DNA of 64,000 nt from Desulfobacterales bacterium (GTDB taxonomy: Bacteria; Desulfobacterota; Desulfobacteria; Desulfobacterales; UBA2174), in contig CAXXWC010000021.1 in NCBI GenBank assembly GCA_963668645.2, positions 1,080,873 to 1,144,872 on the forward strand, given 5' to 3'. The position numbers and the translations under genes were made by a program. The notes under the pieces were generated by a model, which was not told the DNA's origin, did not search any database, and saw nothing but the letters and a program-made list of their open reading frames with translations. Numbering within the stretch: position 1 is the stretch's first letter; every line of letters starts with the position of its first letter. Shown here in pieces: positions 9,156 through 18,322 of the stretch.

Positions 9156-9881
9156 ATGCCAGACGTATATCGGGATCTAATCAATAAAGCCGAAGCCATC
9201 TTTTCCCCGCATGGCCTGATGGGCACAGCGGTGCAGGTCAGCGCCCGGGCCCTGAACGCCGAAGAGGCCATCGGCAATCCGGAAGCGGACGATTTTTCGC
9301 TCCTAAAAGGCAAAGAGCGCCTGATGCAGGCCGATATCCTAGGCGCGCTGGGTCAAGCCTTTACCGATCAATTCGGCGACTATCAAGGCACCCTGGAAAC
9401 GATCATGACCACGCCTTTGACCAACAATTTTCGCCGGGCGGTTTTCGTGGCATCCCTGAATGCCGCGCTCCGGCACCTGAATCTGATCGACGGGTCGGTG
9501 CATTGCCGGGATCAGGGGCCCGGCCAATGCGCCCAGGCCCTGGCAGATCACATCCAGGGCCTTTACGGCAAGGCCAAGATCTGCATCATCGGCTTTCAGC
9601 CGCGGATGGTGGAAACCCTGGCTGCCGGCTTTCCCCTCAGGGCCCTGGATATGGATCAAGACAACATCGGCAAGAACAAATTCGGCGTTGTGGTTGAATC
9701 CCCGGCCGCGGCCCCGGAGGCCATGGCCTGGGCCGACTTGCTCTTGGTCACCGGAACGACCCTGGTCAACGGCACCCTGCCGGAATTTTTAGTCGGCAAG
9801 CCGGTAATTTTTTACGGCACCACCATCGCCGGAGCAGCATATCTGATGGGATGGCAGCGATTTTGCGCATTCAGCTGCTAA
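9156..9881 (+). CDS. DUF4213/DUF364 family protein (putative heavy-metal chelation, Rossmann-like)
   Basis: The C-terminal pattern KICIIGFQP...ADLLLVTGTTLVNGTL...FYGTT is typical of DUF364. GGAG lies 9 nt upstream of the ATG at 9156. The track ORF starts at 9141 without an RBS. Confidence 0.62.
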   Translation: MPDVYRDLINKAEAIFSPHGLMGTAVQVSARALNAEEAIGNPEADDFSLLKGKERLMQADILGALGQAFTDQFGDYQGTLETIMTTPLTNNFRRAVFVASLNAALRHLNLIDGSVHCRDQGPGQCAQALADHIQGLYGKAKICIIGFQPRMVETLAAGFPLRALDMDQDNIGKNKFGVVVESPAAAPEAMAWADLLLVTGTTLVNGTLPEFLVGKPVIFYGTTIAGAAYLMGWQRFCAFSC

Positions 9882-9985
9882 ACAAAAAAGTCGACAGCAG
9901 CCTGTTTCCGCAAGACGGCAGCCCGGCACCGGGTGCATTGGGGGCGTCATTGATTCTTACATTCTAATTACAGGAGAAACGAGAC

Positions 9986-10789
9986 ATGACAACAAAAAAG
10001 TACCTGGGACGTTTGGCCCTGGCAGTGCTCGTGGTGCTCTCGGCAGCCGCCTTGTTCAACGCCGGCTGCGGGCCGGCCCTGGCGGCGGACGCCGAGGTGG
10101 TGGTGTTCGCCGCCGCCTCGACCACCAACGCCATCAGCGAAATCGGCGATCTTTTTGCGGCCCATAAGCTGGGACGGATCACAACCTCATTCGCCTCATC
10201 TTCGACCCTGGCCAAACAGATCGCCAGCGGCGCCCCGGCCGATGTCTACCTGTCGGCCAACAAAAAATGGATGGATTTTCTCGAAGAGAAAAACACCGTG
10301 GACAAAGCCACCCGGGTCGATTTGCTCGGCAACCGCATCGTTTTGATCGCACCGGTCGACGCTGCACTCCAGACCGTCGAAATCAAATCCGGACTCGATC
10401 TGGCCGCTTTGCTCGGGGCCGACGGGCGCCTTTCCATGGGCGATCCGGACCATGTGCCGGCCGGCATGTACGGTAAAAAGGCCATGGTGAATCTCGGGCT
10501 CTGGGACCAGGTCAAGGACCGGCTGGCCCCCATGAAAGACGTACGCGCCGCCCTGGTGCTGGTCGAACGTTCCGAAGCCCCGCTGGGGCAGGTCTATGCC
10601 ACAGATGCGGCCATCTCCAAAAAGGTACGCGTGGTGGGCACTTTTCCGCTGGAAAGCCATCCGCCCATCGTCTATCCGGTGGCGGCGGTAGCCGGCGGCA
10701 AGGCCGATGCGGCCGCCAGCTTCATCGCGTTTTTAAAGACTCCCGAGTCCCGGGCGGTGTTCGAAAAGTACGGTTTTGAAGTGCGTTGA
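9986..10789 (+). CDS. modA: molybdate ABC transporter substrate-binding protein
   Basis: Signal peptide, then a ModA pattern (VFAAASTTNA, SFASSSTLAKQI, DVYLSAN, GDPDHVPAGMYGK). An AGGAG RBS is present. Confidence 0.92.
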   Translation: MTTKKYLGRLALAVLVVLSAAALFNAGCGPALAADAEVVVFAAASTTNAISEIGDLFAAHKLGRITTSFASSSTLAKQIASGAPADVYLSANKKWMDFLEEKNTVDKATRVDLLGNRIVLIAPVDAALQTVEIKSGLDLAALLGADGRLSMGDPDHVPAGMYGKKAMVNLGLWDQVKDRLAPMKDVRAALVLVERSEAPLGQVYATDAAISKKVRVVGTFPLESHPPIVYPVAAVAGGKADAAASFIAFLKTPESRAVFEKYGFEVR

Positions 10790-11487
10790 TGGGTTTCTGG
10801 CATCTGACAGATATTGAAATCGAGGCCCTGCGCTTGAGCCTGTGGGTTTCCGGATGGGCCGTGGCCGCCAGTTTGCCCCTGGGCATCCTGGCGGCCTGGG
10901 TCCTGGCCCGCCTGCGTTTTCCCGGCAAGGGGATCCTCGACGGCCTGGTGCACCTGCCGCTGGTGCTGCCGCCGGTGGTGACCGGGTACCTGCTGCTCGT
11001 GCTGCTGGGGCGCAACGGCATCATCGGCGCTGCGCTGTTCAAAACCCTGGGCATCGTGCTGGCCTTCAACTGGAAAGGGGCCGTGCTGGCCGCCGCGGTG
11101 ATGTCCTTTCCACTTTTGGTGCGGGCCGCACGCCTTTCCCTGGAAAGCGTCGATCAGGGGTTGGAGGCTGCCGCCCGGACCCTGGGCGCCGGGCCGCTAC
11201 GCGTCTTTTTCACCGTGACCCTGCCGCTGATGGTGCCGGGGATCATTACCGGACTGATCCTCGCCTATGCCCGCAGCCTGGGCGAATTCGGCGCCACAAT
11301 CACATTCGTATCCAACATACGCGGCCAGACCCAGACCCTGCCGCTGGCCCTGTACACCCTCACCCAGGTGCCGGACGGCGAACTCGGGGCGCTGCGCCTG
11401 TGCATCCTGTCGGTGGTCATCGCCATGGCGGCCCTGATCTGTTCGGAAGTGCTGGCCCGGCGTTTCGCCGCTCGCATGAAAGGATGA
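10786..11487 (+). CDS. modB: molybdate ABC transporter permease
   Basis: The start overlaps the modA stop by 4 nt. It has an MetI-type permease with an EAA-like loop (LEAAARTLGAGPLRVFFTVTLP). Confidence 0.92.
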   Translation: MMGFWHLTDIEIEALRLSLWVSGWAVAASLPLGILAAWVLARLRFPGKGILDGLVHLPLVLPPVVTGYLLLVLLGRNGIIGAALFKTLGIVLAFNWKGAVLAAAVMSFPLLVRAARLSLESVDQGLEAAARTLGAGPLRVFFTVTLPLMVPGIITGLILAYARSLGEFGATITFVSNIRGQTQTLPLALYTLTQVPDGELGALRLCILSVVIAMAALICSEVLARRFAARMKG

Positions 11488-11493
11488 ACGCCG

Positions 11494-12582
11494 TTGCAGG
11501 TCGAACTCGTACGTCGGCAGGGTAATTTTTTGCTGGACGCCGCATTCCAGGGGGCCGCATCCGGGGTCACCGCCCTTTTCGGCCCCTCGGGCGCCGGTAA
11601 AACCTCCATCGTCAACATGGTCGCCGGCCTGATGCGCCCGGACCGCGGTCGTATCACCGTCAACGGTCTGTGCCTTTTCGATTCGGCCCGCGGCATCGAT
11701 CTGCCTCCCGAGCGCCGCCGGATCGGCTACGTCTTTCAAGACGGCCGCCTGCTGCCCCACCTGTCGGTACGCGCCAATCTGACCTACGGCATGCGCCTGA
11801 CGCCGGCCTCTCAGCGCTTCGTGACCTTCGATGCAGTGGTCGATCTGCTGGGCATCGGCCATCTGCTGGCACGCCGGCCGGCGAAGCTTTCCGGCGGCGA
11901 GAAACAACGCGTGGCCATCGGCCGGGCCCTGCTCACCAGTCCGGCCATGCTGCTGATGGACGAACCGCTGGCCTCGCTCGATGCGGCGCGCAAGGCCGAA
12001 GTGCTCCCCTTCATCACGCGCCTTTCGCGGCAGTTCGCCATTCCGATCCTCTACGTCAGCCATGTCATGGACGAAATCCTCAACCTCGCCGAACGGTTGG
12101 TGATCATAGAGACCGGCCGTGTTACGGCCTGCGGCGACCTGGAGCAGGTCCTTGAACAATCCCAGGTGCAGTGCCAACTGGGCAAGAATGAACGCGGATC
12201 GGTCATTACCACCGTGGTGGAATCCGTCGCGGATGCCGACGGTCTGACCTGCCTGCGTTTCGGCGACCACATCCTCAAGGTGCCACCGGTGACCGCGCCC
12301 GCAGGGGCGCCGACACGCGTGCGCATCGCCGCACGCCACGTGGCCATCGCCGTCAAGGCGCCCACGGCCACCAGCTTCCAGAACATCTTTCCGGCCCGGG
12401 TCGAGACCATCCTCGACGACCACGACGAGGCCATGGTCGACGTGCGCCTGGATATCGGCCGCCCCCTCTGGGCCCGCATCACGCGCCGGTCTTGCCTGGA
12501 GCTGGAACTCGCGCCGGGAAAGCCGGTCTTCGCCCTGATCAAAAGCGTGGCGATTTCCTTGGGAGTCGGAGACTCGAGATAA
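11494..12582 (+). CDS. modC: molybdate ABC transporter ATP-binding protein with a C-terminal TOBE/Mop domain
   Basis: TTG start at 11494. Walker A GPSGAGKTS, signature LSGGEKQR, Walker B LLMDEPLASLD. The roughly 130-aa C-terminal part is a TOBE-like beta domain. Confidence 0.92.
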   Translation: MQVELVRRQGNFLLDAAFQGAASGVTALFGPSGAGKTSIVNMVAGLMRPDRGRITVNGLCLFDSARGIDLPPERRRIGYVFQDGRLLPHLSVRANLTYGMRLTPASQRFVTFDAVVDLLGIGHLLARRPAKLSGGEKQRVAIGRALLTSPAMLLMDEPLASLDAARKAEVLPFITRLSRQFAIPILYVSHVMDEILNLAERLVIIETGRVTACGDLEQVLEQSQVQCQLGKNERGSVITTVVESVADADGLTCLRFGDHILKVPPVTAPAGAPTRVRIAARHVAIAVKAPTATSFQNIFPARVETILDDHDEAMVDVRLDIGRPLWARITRRSCLELELAPGKPVFALIKSVAISLGVGDSR

Positions 12583-12954
12583 GGAAATCCCGGCCATCTG
12601 GGTTTCACCGGTAACTTCCGGGGATACCCACGAGCTTGATACCGTGTCCACTTAGTGCGCGTCCCGTCACCTCACCAGCCTTTCTTCATACCCGATTCTC
12701 TTGCACGGCAGGCAAAAGTCGCACGCTTGAACCGATCGGCATTCCTGCCTCTCGCGCTCGGATCCCGCATAGCACATCGGGCAGCCGGGAAAAGTATTGA
12801 CTCCAAGAATTCCCATATGACATCTATAAATGCTTTTTAATATTTTAAAACGTCATTCCTACCTGCAAAGCGTCTGCAAATCGAGCATTTAGATAGGCAA
12901 TTGACCGGGGGACTATGGGAAAAGGGGTAACCAAACCACAGAGGGAGAAAGAAG

Positions 12955-15045
12955 ATGATGCGTAAAATCAAAGGGCAAATCAGATTATGGATGGTAATGG
13001 GCGCGCTGCTGGCCGCATTTCCCCTGTTGGTGTCGCAGGCCGGGGCCGCGGGCAGCGACGGGTATCAAGAGTACTCACTGGGCGAAATCGTGGTCAGCGG
13101 CAAGGGTTCGGCGGTGCGCGATATCGCCATCGCCGATGAGATCAAACCCGAAGACTTCGAGGCGGTCAACGCCGAAAGCGTGGCCGACGCCCTGACCTAT
13201 GTGCCGGGGGTCCAGGTCACCTATGGGCGCAAATTTTTTCCCAGCATGACAATCCACGGTTTCGATCAAAACCGCATCCTGACCCTCATCGATGGGGTCC
13301 CCTACTACGAAACCAAGTACGGGGGAATGGACTTGAACCAGATCAGCCTCGAAGGGGTGGCCAGAATCGATGTGGTCAAGGGCGCCCCCTCGGTTCTTTA
13401 CGGCCCCAACGCCCTGGGCGGGGTGGTCAACATCATCACCAAGAAGCCCACTGAAAAGCCGTATTTATCGGCAACGGCGGAATACGGGGTCGACGGCCTG
13501 GACGATGCGTACAAGGCGTCTTTATCCCATGGCATGAAGGTGGGCAATTTCAACTACTGGTTGAGCTACTCGCACCGGGAATGGAATTCGTGGGACCTTG
13601 CGGATGATTTTACCCCGCGCATCGGAAAGGTCACCTCGGGCAAAAAGGTCCTGGATAAGCGTTTGATCGAAGATGGCGGGGAAAGGGTGAATTCGGACTA
13701 CCAGACGGACAACTTCTGGGGCAAAGTCGGCCTGGAACCGTCTGAAGATACCGAACTTTATGCTAATTTTCACTATATCACTACCGAAAAAGGCGACTCG
13801 CCGAACCTGGACCGGGTCAACGTATTTTCCGACTTCACCCAATTCGACCGGATCACCGCCTACGATGACTGGGGGGTCGATCTGAGCGCCAAGCACGCCT
13901 TCTCGGACCGGTTCAGCCTGCAGGCCACGCTCTACTACCACGATCACAGCGACGACTATACCTCCTACACGGATCAGACCTATACCGAGGCCGTCGCCTT
14001 GAGCACCTACAAGGATCAGATTTTCGGCGGCATGCTGCTGGGCGATATTCGACCGGTGGACTGGAACACGGTCCGGTTCTCGATGCATTACAAGAAAGAT
14101 ACCCATGAGCAGCGCGATCTGGAGTCCCTGCCTTTTGCCAAAAGCTGCGCCTACACCGGCTCCATGGGCCTCGAAAACGAAATGGCCCTCATCGGCGATA
14201 AGCTGTCCATCGTGACCGGCATCAGCTATGACTGGTTCCACATCCGCAAGGCCGAAGACGACCCGGAAAACAACGCCAACATCATCGAAGAGGGCACACC
14301 CGAGGAGATCGACGCGATAAATCCCATGATCGGCGTCACCTACCAGGCGCTCGAGGATATCAAGCTCTTTGCCTCGGTGGCCAAAAAAACCCGCTTTCCG
14401 ACACTTAATCAAATCTATACCGGGGATGTTCCCAACCTGGATCTGGATGCCGAGTCCTCGATCAACTATACCGCCGGCGTTTCCTGGAAATACAAGGATC
14501 TGGTGACCCTGGAAGTGGCGCCTTTTTTCCACGACGTTTCAGATTTCATCACCCGCGAGGTCCCGCCGGAGGACAACCCCTATTCCCAATACATCAACTT
14601 TGATCAGGTCGAGATGAAAGGGGTGGAGGTCAACACGGTGATCACACCCATGGAAGACCTGATCTTCAAGCTGGGCTGCATGTACAACGATGCCACCAAC
14701 AAGAGCCCGGGCCGAGTGACCGACGATGTTCTCGGGGTTCCGGAATACACCTTCAATATCGGCGTCCAGTACACCGTGCCCGCCATCGGCACCAGGCTCA
14801 ACTGGACCATGCTCTACCTGGGCAAATCCTACCGCCAGCTGCCCACCCCCGAGGAGCCCGACCTCGATGTGGTTGAAAATGAAAGCTACCAGCTATGCAA
14901 CGTCAAGCTCACCCAGCCCTTCATGTCCGATCGGCTGGAAGCTTTCCTGGCCGTCGACAACCTGTTTGACGAAAACTACGAACCGGTCAGCGGCTACCCG
15001 GCGCGCGGCATGAGCATGTGGCTGGGGCTGACGTTCAAAATGTAA
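12955..15045 (+). CDS. TonB-dependent outer-membrane receptor
   Basis: GAGGGAGA RBS and a signal peptide. The plug region is GEIVVSG...VPGVQV...HGFDQNRILTLIDGVP and NALGGVVNIITKKP. A long beta-barrel follows, with a C-terminal WLGLTFKM. Confidence 0.9.
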   Translation: MMRKIKGQIRLWMVMGALLAAFPLLVSQAGAAGSDGYQEYSLGEIVVSGKGSAVRDIAIADEIKPEDFEAVNAESVADALTYVPGVQVTYGRKFFPSMTIHGFDQNRILTLIDGVPYYETKYGGMDLNQISLEGVARIDVVKGAPSVLYGPNALGGVVNIITKKPTEKPYLSATAEYGVDGLDDAYKASLSHGMKVGNFNYWLSYSHREWNSWDLADDFTPRIGKVTSGKKVLDKRLIEDGGERVNSDYQTDNFWGKVGLEPSEDTELYANFHYITTEKGDSPNLDRVNVFSDFTQFDRITAYDDWGVDLSAKHAFSDRFSLQATLYYHDHSDDYTSYTDQTYTEAVALSTYKDQIFGGMLLGDIRPVDWNTVRFSMHYKKDTHEQRDLESLPFAKSCAYTGSMGLENEMALIGDKLSIVTGISYDWFHIRKAEDDPENNANIIEEGTPEEIDAINPMIGVTYQALEDIKLFASVAKKTRFPTLNQIYTGDVPNLDLDAESSINYTAGVSWKYKDLVTLEVAPFFHDVSDFITREVPPEDNPYSQYINFDQVEMKGVEVNTVITPMEDLIFKLGCMYNDATNKSPGRVTDDVLGVPEYTFNIGVQYTVPAIGTRLNWTMLYLGKSYRQLPTPEEPDLDVVENESYQLCNVKLTQPFMSDRLEAFLAVDNLFDENYEPVSGYPARGMSMWLGLTFKM

Positions 15046-15566
15046 ATCCTCGCCGTCAACCGGTAGACCGGCGGAAAAAATTGTCCGGACACCCCACCCT
15101 CCACCAGGGGGGCGGGGTGTTTCATCGCCCCGCAGCCGGTGAAACACCCCGTACAGTACGTCCCTTCGATGGGACGTATCATGCCGAAGATTGCTGCGAC
15201 CACAAGAGCATCTGCCTTAACACCACCGCCCACGGATCCATCGCCGCAGACACGCATGAAGATCCATGGTATCCTTTAAGCAAGATTCCGCCCAAAACCT
15301 GTCCCCTGTCGAACAAACAACGGCACCGCAGCGATTGACAAGAAGTTGGCAGTCGCTTATTTTATAACGTTTTCTGGGGGAGGGGGTTAAGTGATTAAGA
15401 CTGGATAAATCCTGAAGAAGTATAAATTCGGCCTTTTGAACCAGCGCGGACATCATCTTTTCCCTGATCAACCATGATGCCACAGTGATGATGATAAAGT
15501 GCGGCCGGTATCGATTCCAACCAACCCTAAAGCAATGAAGTTTTAGTATTATTTCAAGAGGATCCA

Positions 15567-16283
15567 ATGCCAAAAAGCAGACCCAAACAGGTCAAACTGG
15601 AACGTGCACCCAGACTGGTTGACCAGGCCACTGAGTTTTTAACGAACCAGATTAAAAGTGAAGCGTATGCCGAAGGTGATAAGCTGCCATCGGAAAGCAC
15701 CTTGTCCGAACGGCTCGGCGTCAGCCGCACCGTGGTTCGAGAGGCCCTGTCACGACTTATCTACGACGGTGTTCTGGAACCGCGCCAGGGCGTCGGCATT
15801 ATCATTGCGGGGTCTTCTTCGAAACGGACCTTTAGAATCGAGCCTGTGGAAAACAGGAAATCGCCCGATTCCAAATATCTCCTGGAGCTGAGAGCCACTT
15901 TGGAGGGAGAGGCCGCCTCTTTGGCTGCCATACGAAGAGATGCAGACCATATCGCCCGGCTCGATCACTGCCTAAAAGAAATAAAAAGACACACCCATTC
16001 CACCGAGGAGTCGATTCGCGAGGATATGAAATTTCATGAACTGATCGCAGAGGCCAGCTGCAATCCATACTTGCTGGACTTTATGATTTTCGTCCGCAAC
16101 CATCTAAAGTTTTTACTGATAAAAACACATGGCATCCATCGTGATTCAACCCAGTGGACCTATGATGCCCATAACCAAATCTTTCAAGCCATCGTCCGCA
16201 GGGATTCTCAAGGCGCAAGAGAAGCGGCCATCCATCATATTAAGGTGGCCGCTTCGGGCTTGAACCTAACCCTCTTTGATTAA
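15567..16283 (+). CDS. GntR/FadR-family transcriptional regulator
   Basis: Winged HTH LPSESTLSERLGVSRTVVREAL plus a helical FCD-type C-terminal domain. Confidence 0.88.
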   Translation: MPKSRPKQVKLERAPRLVDQATEFLTNQIKSEAYAEGDKLPSESTLSERLGVSRTVVREALSRLIYDGVLEPRQGVGIIIAGSSSKRTFRIEPVENRKSPDSKYLLELRATLEGEAASLAAIRRDADHIARLDHCLKEIKRHTHSTEESIREDMKFHELIAEASCNPYLLDFMIFVRNHLKFLLIKTHGIHRDSTQWTYDAHNQIFQAIVRRDSQGAREAAIHHIKVAASGLNLTLFD

Positions 16284-16358
16284 AGTCTTAAGCCGGCGCC
16301 ACGCTGTGCAAACGGCCAAGCCGCACCGCGTCTGCCCGGCCGCCTCATCTGCACAACA

Positions 16359-17369
16359 TCATTCCTTTCCGCCTGCCCGATACCGGTGAATCGTTTCGAT
16401 CAACACCGGTAAAAACTCCTCGCAATTGTCGACGATGCCATAGTCGACCTGTTCGAAAACGGGGGCTTTGGGATCGCTGTTGATGGCCACCATCACTTTG
16501 GCGCCGACGATTCCCACCATGTGCTGCTGCTCTCCTGAAAGACCGACCCCGACGTAAAGCTCAGGGGTCACCATCTTCCCGCTCTGCCCGATCATGCGGC
16601 CCAGATCGGCCCTTCCCTCATCGACCACCGGGCGCGTGCAGCCCAGACCGGCGTTGAGCACCTCTGCCAGTTCGCAGACGCGCTCCCAGCCCTGCGAATT
16701 GCAGGCTCCGGCCCCACCGGCAACGATGGTGGCGGCCGTCTCGAAAGCGGCACAGTCGCTTTCCTGCCGAACGATCTCAATGTTTTCCACGCGACAGGAA
16801 AGTCCATCCGGGGCCTCCAGCCAGATAATTTCTCCGGTTCGGCAGCGATCCATTTCCGGCGCCGGGAAAACACCTGCTGCAACAGTGGCCATCTGCGGCC
16901 GCTTTTCTGGACAGACAATGGAGATAATCCCGCCGTAGGCCGGGATTTTTTGCACCAGCACCCCATCCTCACCCATGACAAGGTCGATGCAGTGCGCCGT
17001 AAGACCGGTCTCAAGCCGGGCGGCCACCAGGGGTGCCAGCTCTCTTCCCATGTAAGTCGAACCGATCAATATGATATGCGGACAGTTCTGATGCACCTGC
17101 CTGACAACGATTTCACTGTATGCTTCCGCCTGATAGTCACCCAGGTCGGCCCCTTTGCACAGGTAAACCCGGTCCGCACCGGCGGCAAACAGGGCTTCGC
17201 CCTGTGCCTCGGCGCAATCTCCCACCAGAAGCACCTCCACCTTGCTCCCAATCCCATCGGCAAGGCTGCGGGCCTTTCCGACAAGCTGGTAAGTGATATC
17301 AAGAATGCGTCCGTCAAGCTGTTCGCCGACAACCCACACGGGGCCGGTTGTGTTCTGGACCTCCGACAT
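16359..17369 (-). CDS. etfA: electron transfer flavoprotein alpha subunit (clostridial/bifurcating-type sequence pattern)
   Basis: 336 aa with TGLTAHCIDL and a C-terminal FAD domain (PELYVGVGLSGEQQHMVG). AGGAGAGGG RBS. Confidence 0.92.
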   Translation of the reverse strand: MSEVQNTTGPVWVVGEQLDGRILDITYQLVGKARSLADGIGSKVEVLLVGDCAEAQGEALFAAGADRVYLCKGADLGDYQAEAYSEIVVRQVHQNCPHIILIGSTYMGRELAPLVAARLETGLTAHCIDLVMGEDGVLVQKIPAYGGIISIVCPEKRPQMATVAAGVFPAPEMDRCRTGEIIWLEAPDGLSCRVENIEIVRQESDCAAFETAATIVAGGAGACNSQGWERVCELAEVLNAGLGCTRPVVDEGRADLGRMIGQSGKMVTPELYVGVGLSGEQQHMVGIVGAKVMVAINSDPKAPVFEQVDYGIVDNCEEFLPVLIETIHRYRAGGKE

Positions 17370-17429
17370 CGCCCTCTCCTACTGTGATACGGCAAACGCT
17401 CGCCGTGATGGATACCGCGGCATCGCTTT

Positions 17430-18230
17430 TCAGCACACGACGCCCGCCTCGACAAGCTTCCGCAGAAGCTGCTCGGCCTTTTCTTGCCGGCTGCCGGCGA
17501 TCATCTCCACGGACCGCCGGCTTTCTGCCGTCTCCATGGTGGTGACGATGGTCGGCGAGCCTTTCAGGCCCAACACGTCCTCAGGGACATTCAAATCGCC
17601 GGCCGACCAGATGGTGATCTCTTTTCGGCGCGCCTTTATGATCCCAGAAAAACTCAGATTCCGCGGCTCATTCATTTTCCGCGCAACGGTCAAGACGGCC
17701 GGCAGCGCGACCCGAACGAGACGGTAGCCGTTTTCGATCTCGGCCTTGACCATCCAGCGGTCACCGCCGGCTTCGACAATCTCGCTGACCATGCTGACCA
17801 CCGGAACGTTCAAAAACACGGACATCTCGGGTCCGACCCATTCCGTCGCACCGTCACTGCTCGACATACCGCACAAGACGAGGTCGAAATCACCGCATTT
17901 TCCCACCGCAGCGGCCAGGGTTCTGGCCGTGGCGAAGGCATCAGCCCCGCCAAAGGCGCGGTCCGACAGCAAAATCCCTTGATCCGCGCCTAGTGCCAGG
18001 CATTCTTTGACCACCTGACCCGCTGCCGGCGGTCCCATGCTGATGACCGTGATATGCGCCTCGTGCGCCTCTTTTAGCCGCAGGGCCGCTTCCACCGCAT
18101 TCCGGTCAAGGGGATTGATCACCAGAGGGATGTTGCTGCGAATCAGGTTTTTGGTGACAGGATCAATCTTTATTTTGGCGGCCGCTTTCGGATCGGGAAC
18201 CGCCTTTACACAAACGACAATTCTATGCAT
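17430..18230 (-). CDS. etfB: electron transfer flavoprotein beta subunit
   Basis: IVVCVKAVPD...KIDPVT...NPLD...SDRAFGGADAFAT...DGATEWVGPE. Confidence 0.92.
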   Translation of the reverse strand: MHRIVVCVKAVPDPKAAAKIKIDPVTKNLIRSNIPLVINPLDRNAVEAALRLKEAHEAHITVISMGPPAAGQVVKECLALGADQGILLSDRAFGGADAFATARTLAAAVGKCGDFDLVLCGMSSSDGATEWVGPEMSVFLNVPVVSMVSEIVEAGGDRWMVKAEIENGYRLVRVALPAVLTVARKMNEPRNLSFSGIIKARRKEITIWSAGDLNVPEDVLGLKGSPTIVTTMETAESRRSVEMIAGSRQEKAEQLLRKLVEAGVVC

Positions 18231-18322
18231 CCACTTTCCCTCTGCCGCTTTGAAGCACCGAAGAATCCACGGCCCGAGACCGTGTCTTCTCCGGTGCTTG
18301 CCGGTTTCCGTGTAAGGTCGCT

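Noticed and set aside
12583-12954. A cobalamin riboswitch or Fur box upstream of the TonB-dependent receptor.
   Set aside because: I could not find GCCACTG, a B12-box-like element or a GATAATGATAATCATTATC-like element. The leader after the AT-rich promoter-like stretch is only about 100 nt.
15049-15140. Hairpins after the TonB receptor stop (cgccg...cggcg and ggggcg...cgcccc).
   Set aside because: The stems are short, the loops are 11-13 nt, and no T tract follows on the coding strand. This is not enough to call an intrinsic terminator.
15217-15573. A 118-aa ORF on the minus strand between the TonB receptor and GntR genes.
   Set aside because: There is no RBS, no recognisable motif and an odd composition (Cys/Trp/Arg-rich). 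It runs into the GntR start region, so it is more likely the GntR promoter region.
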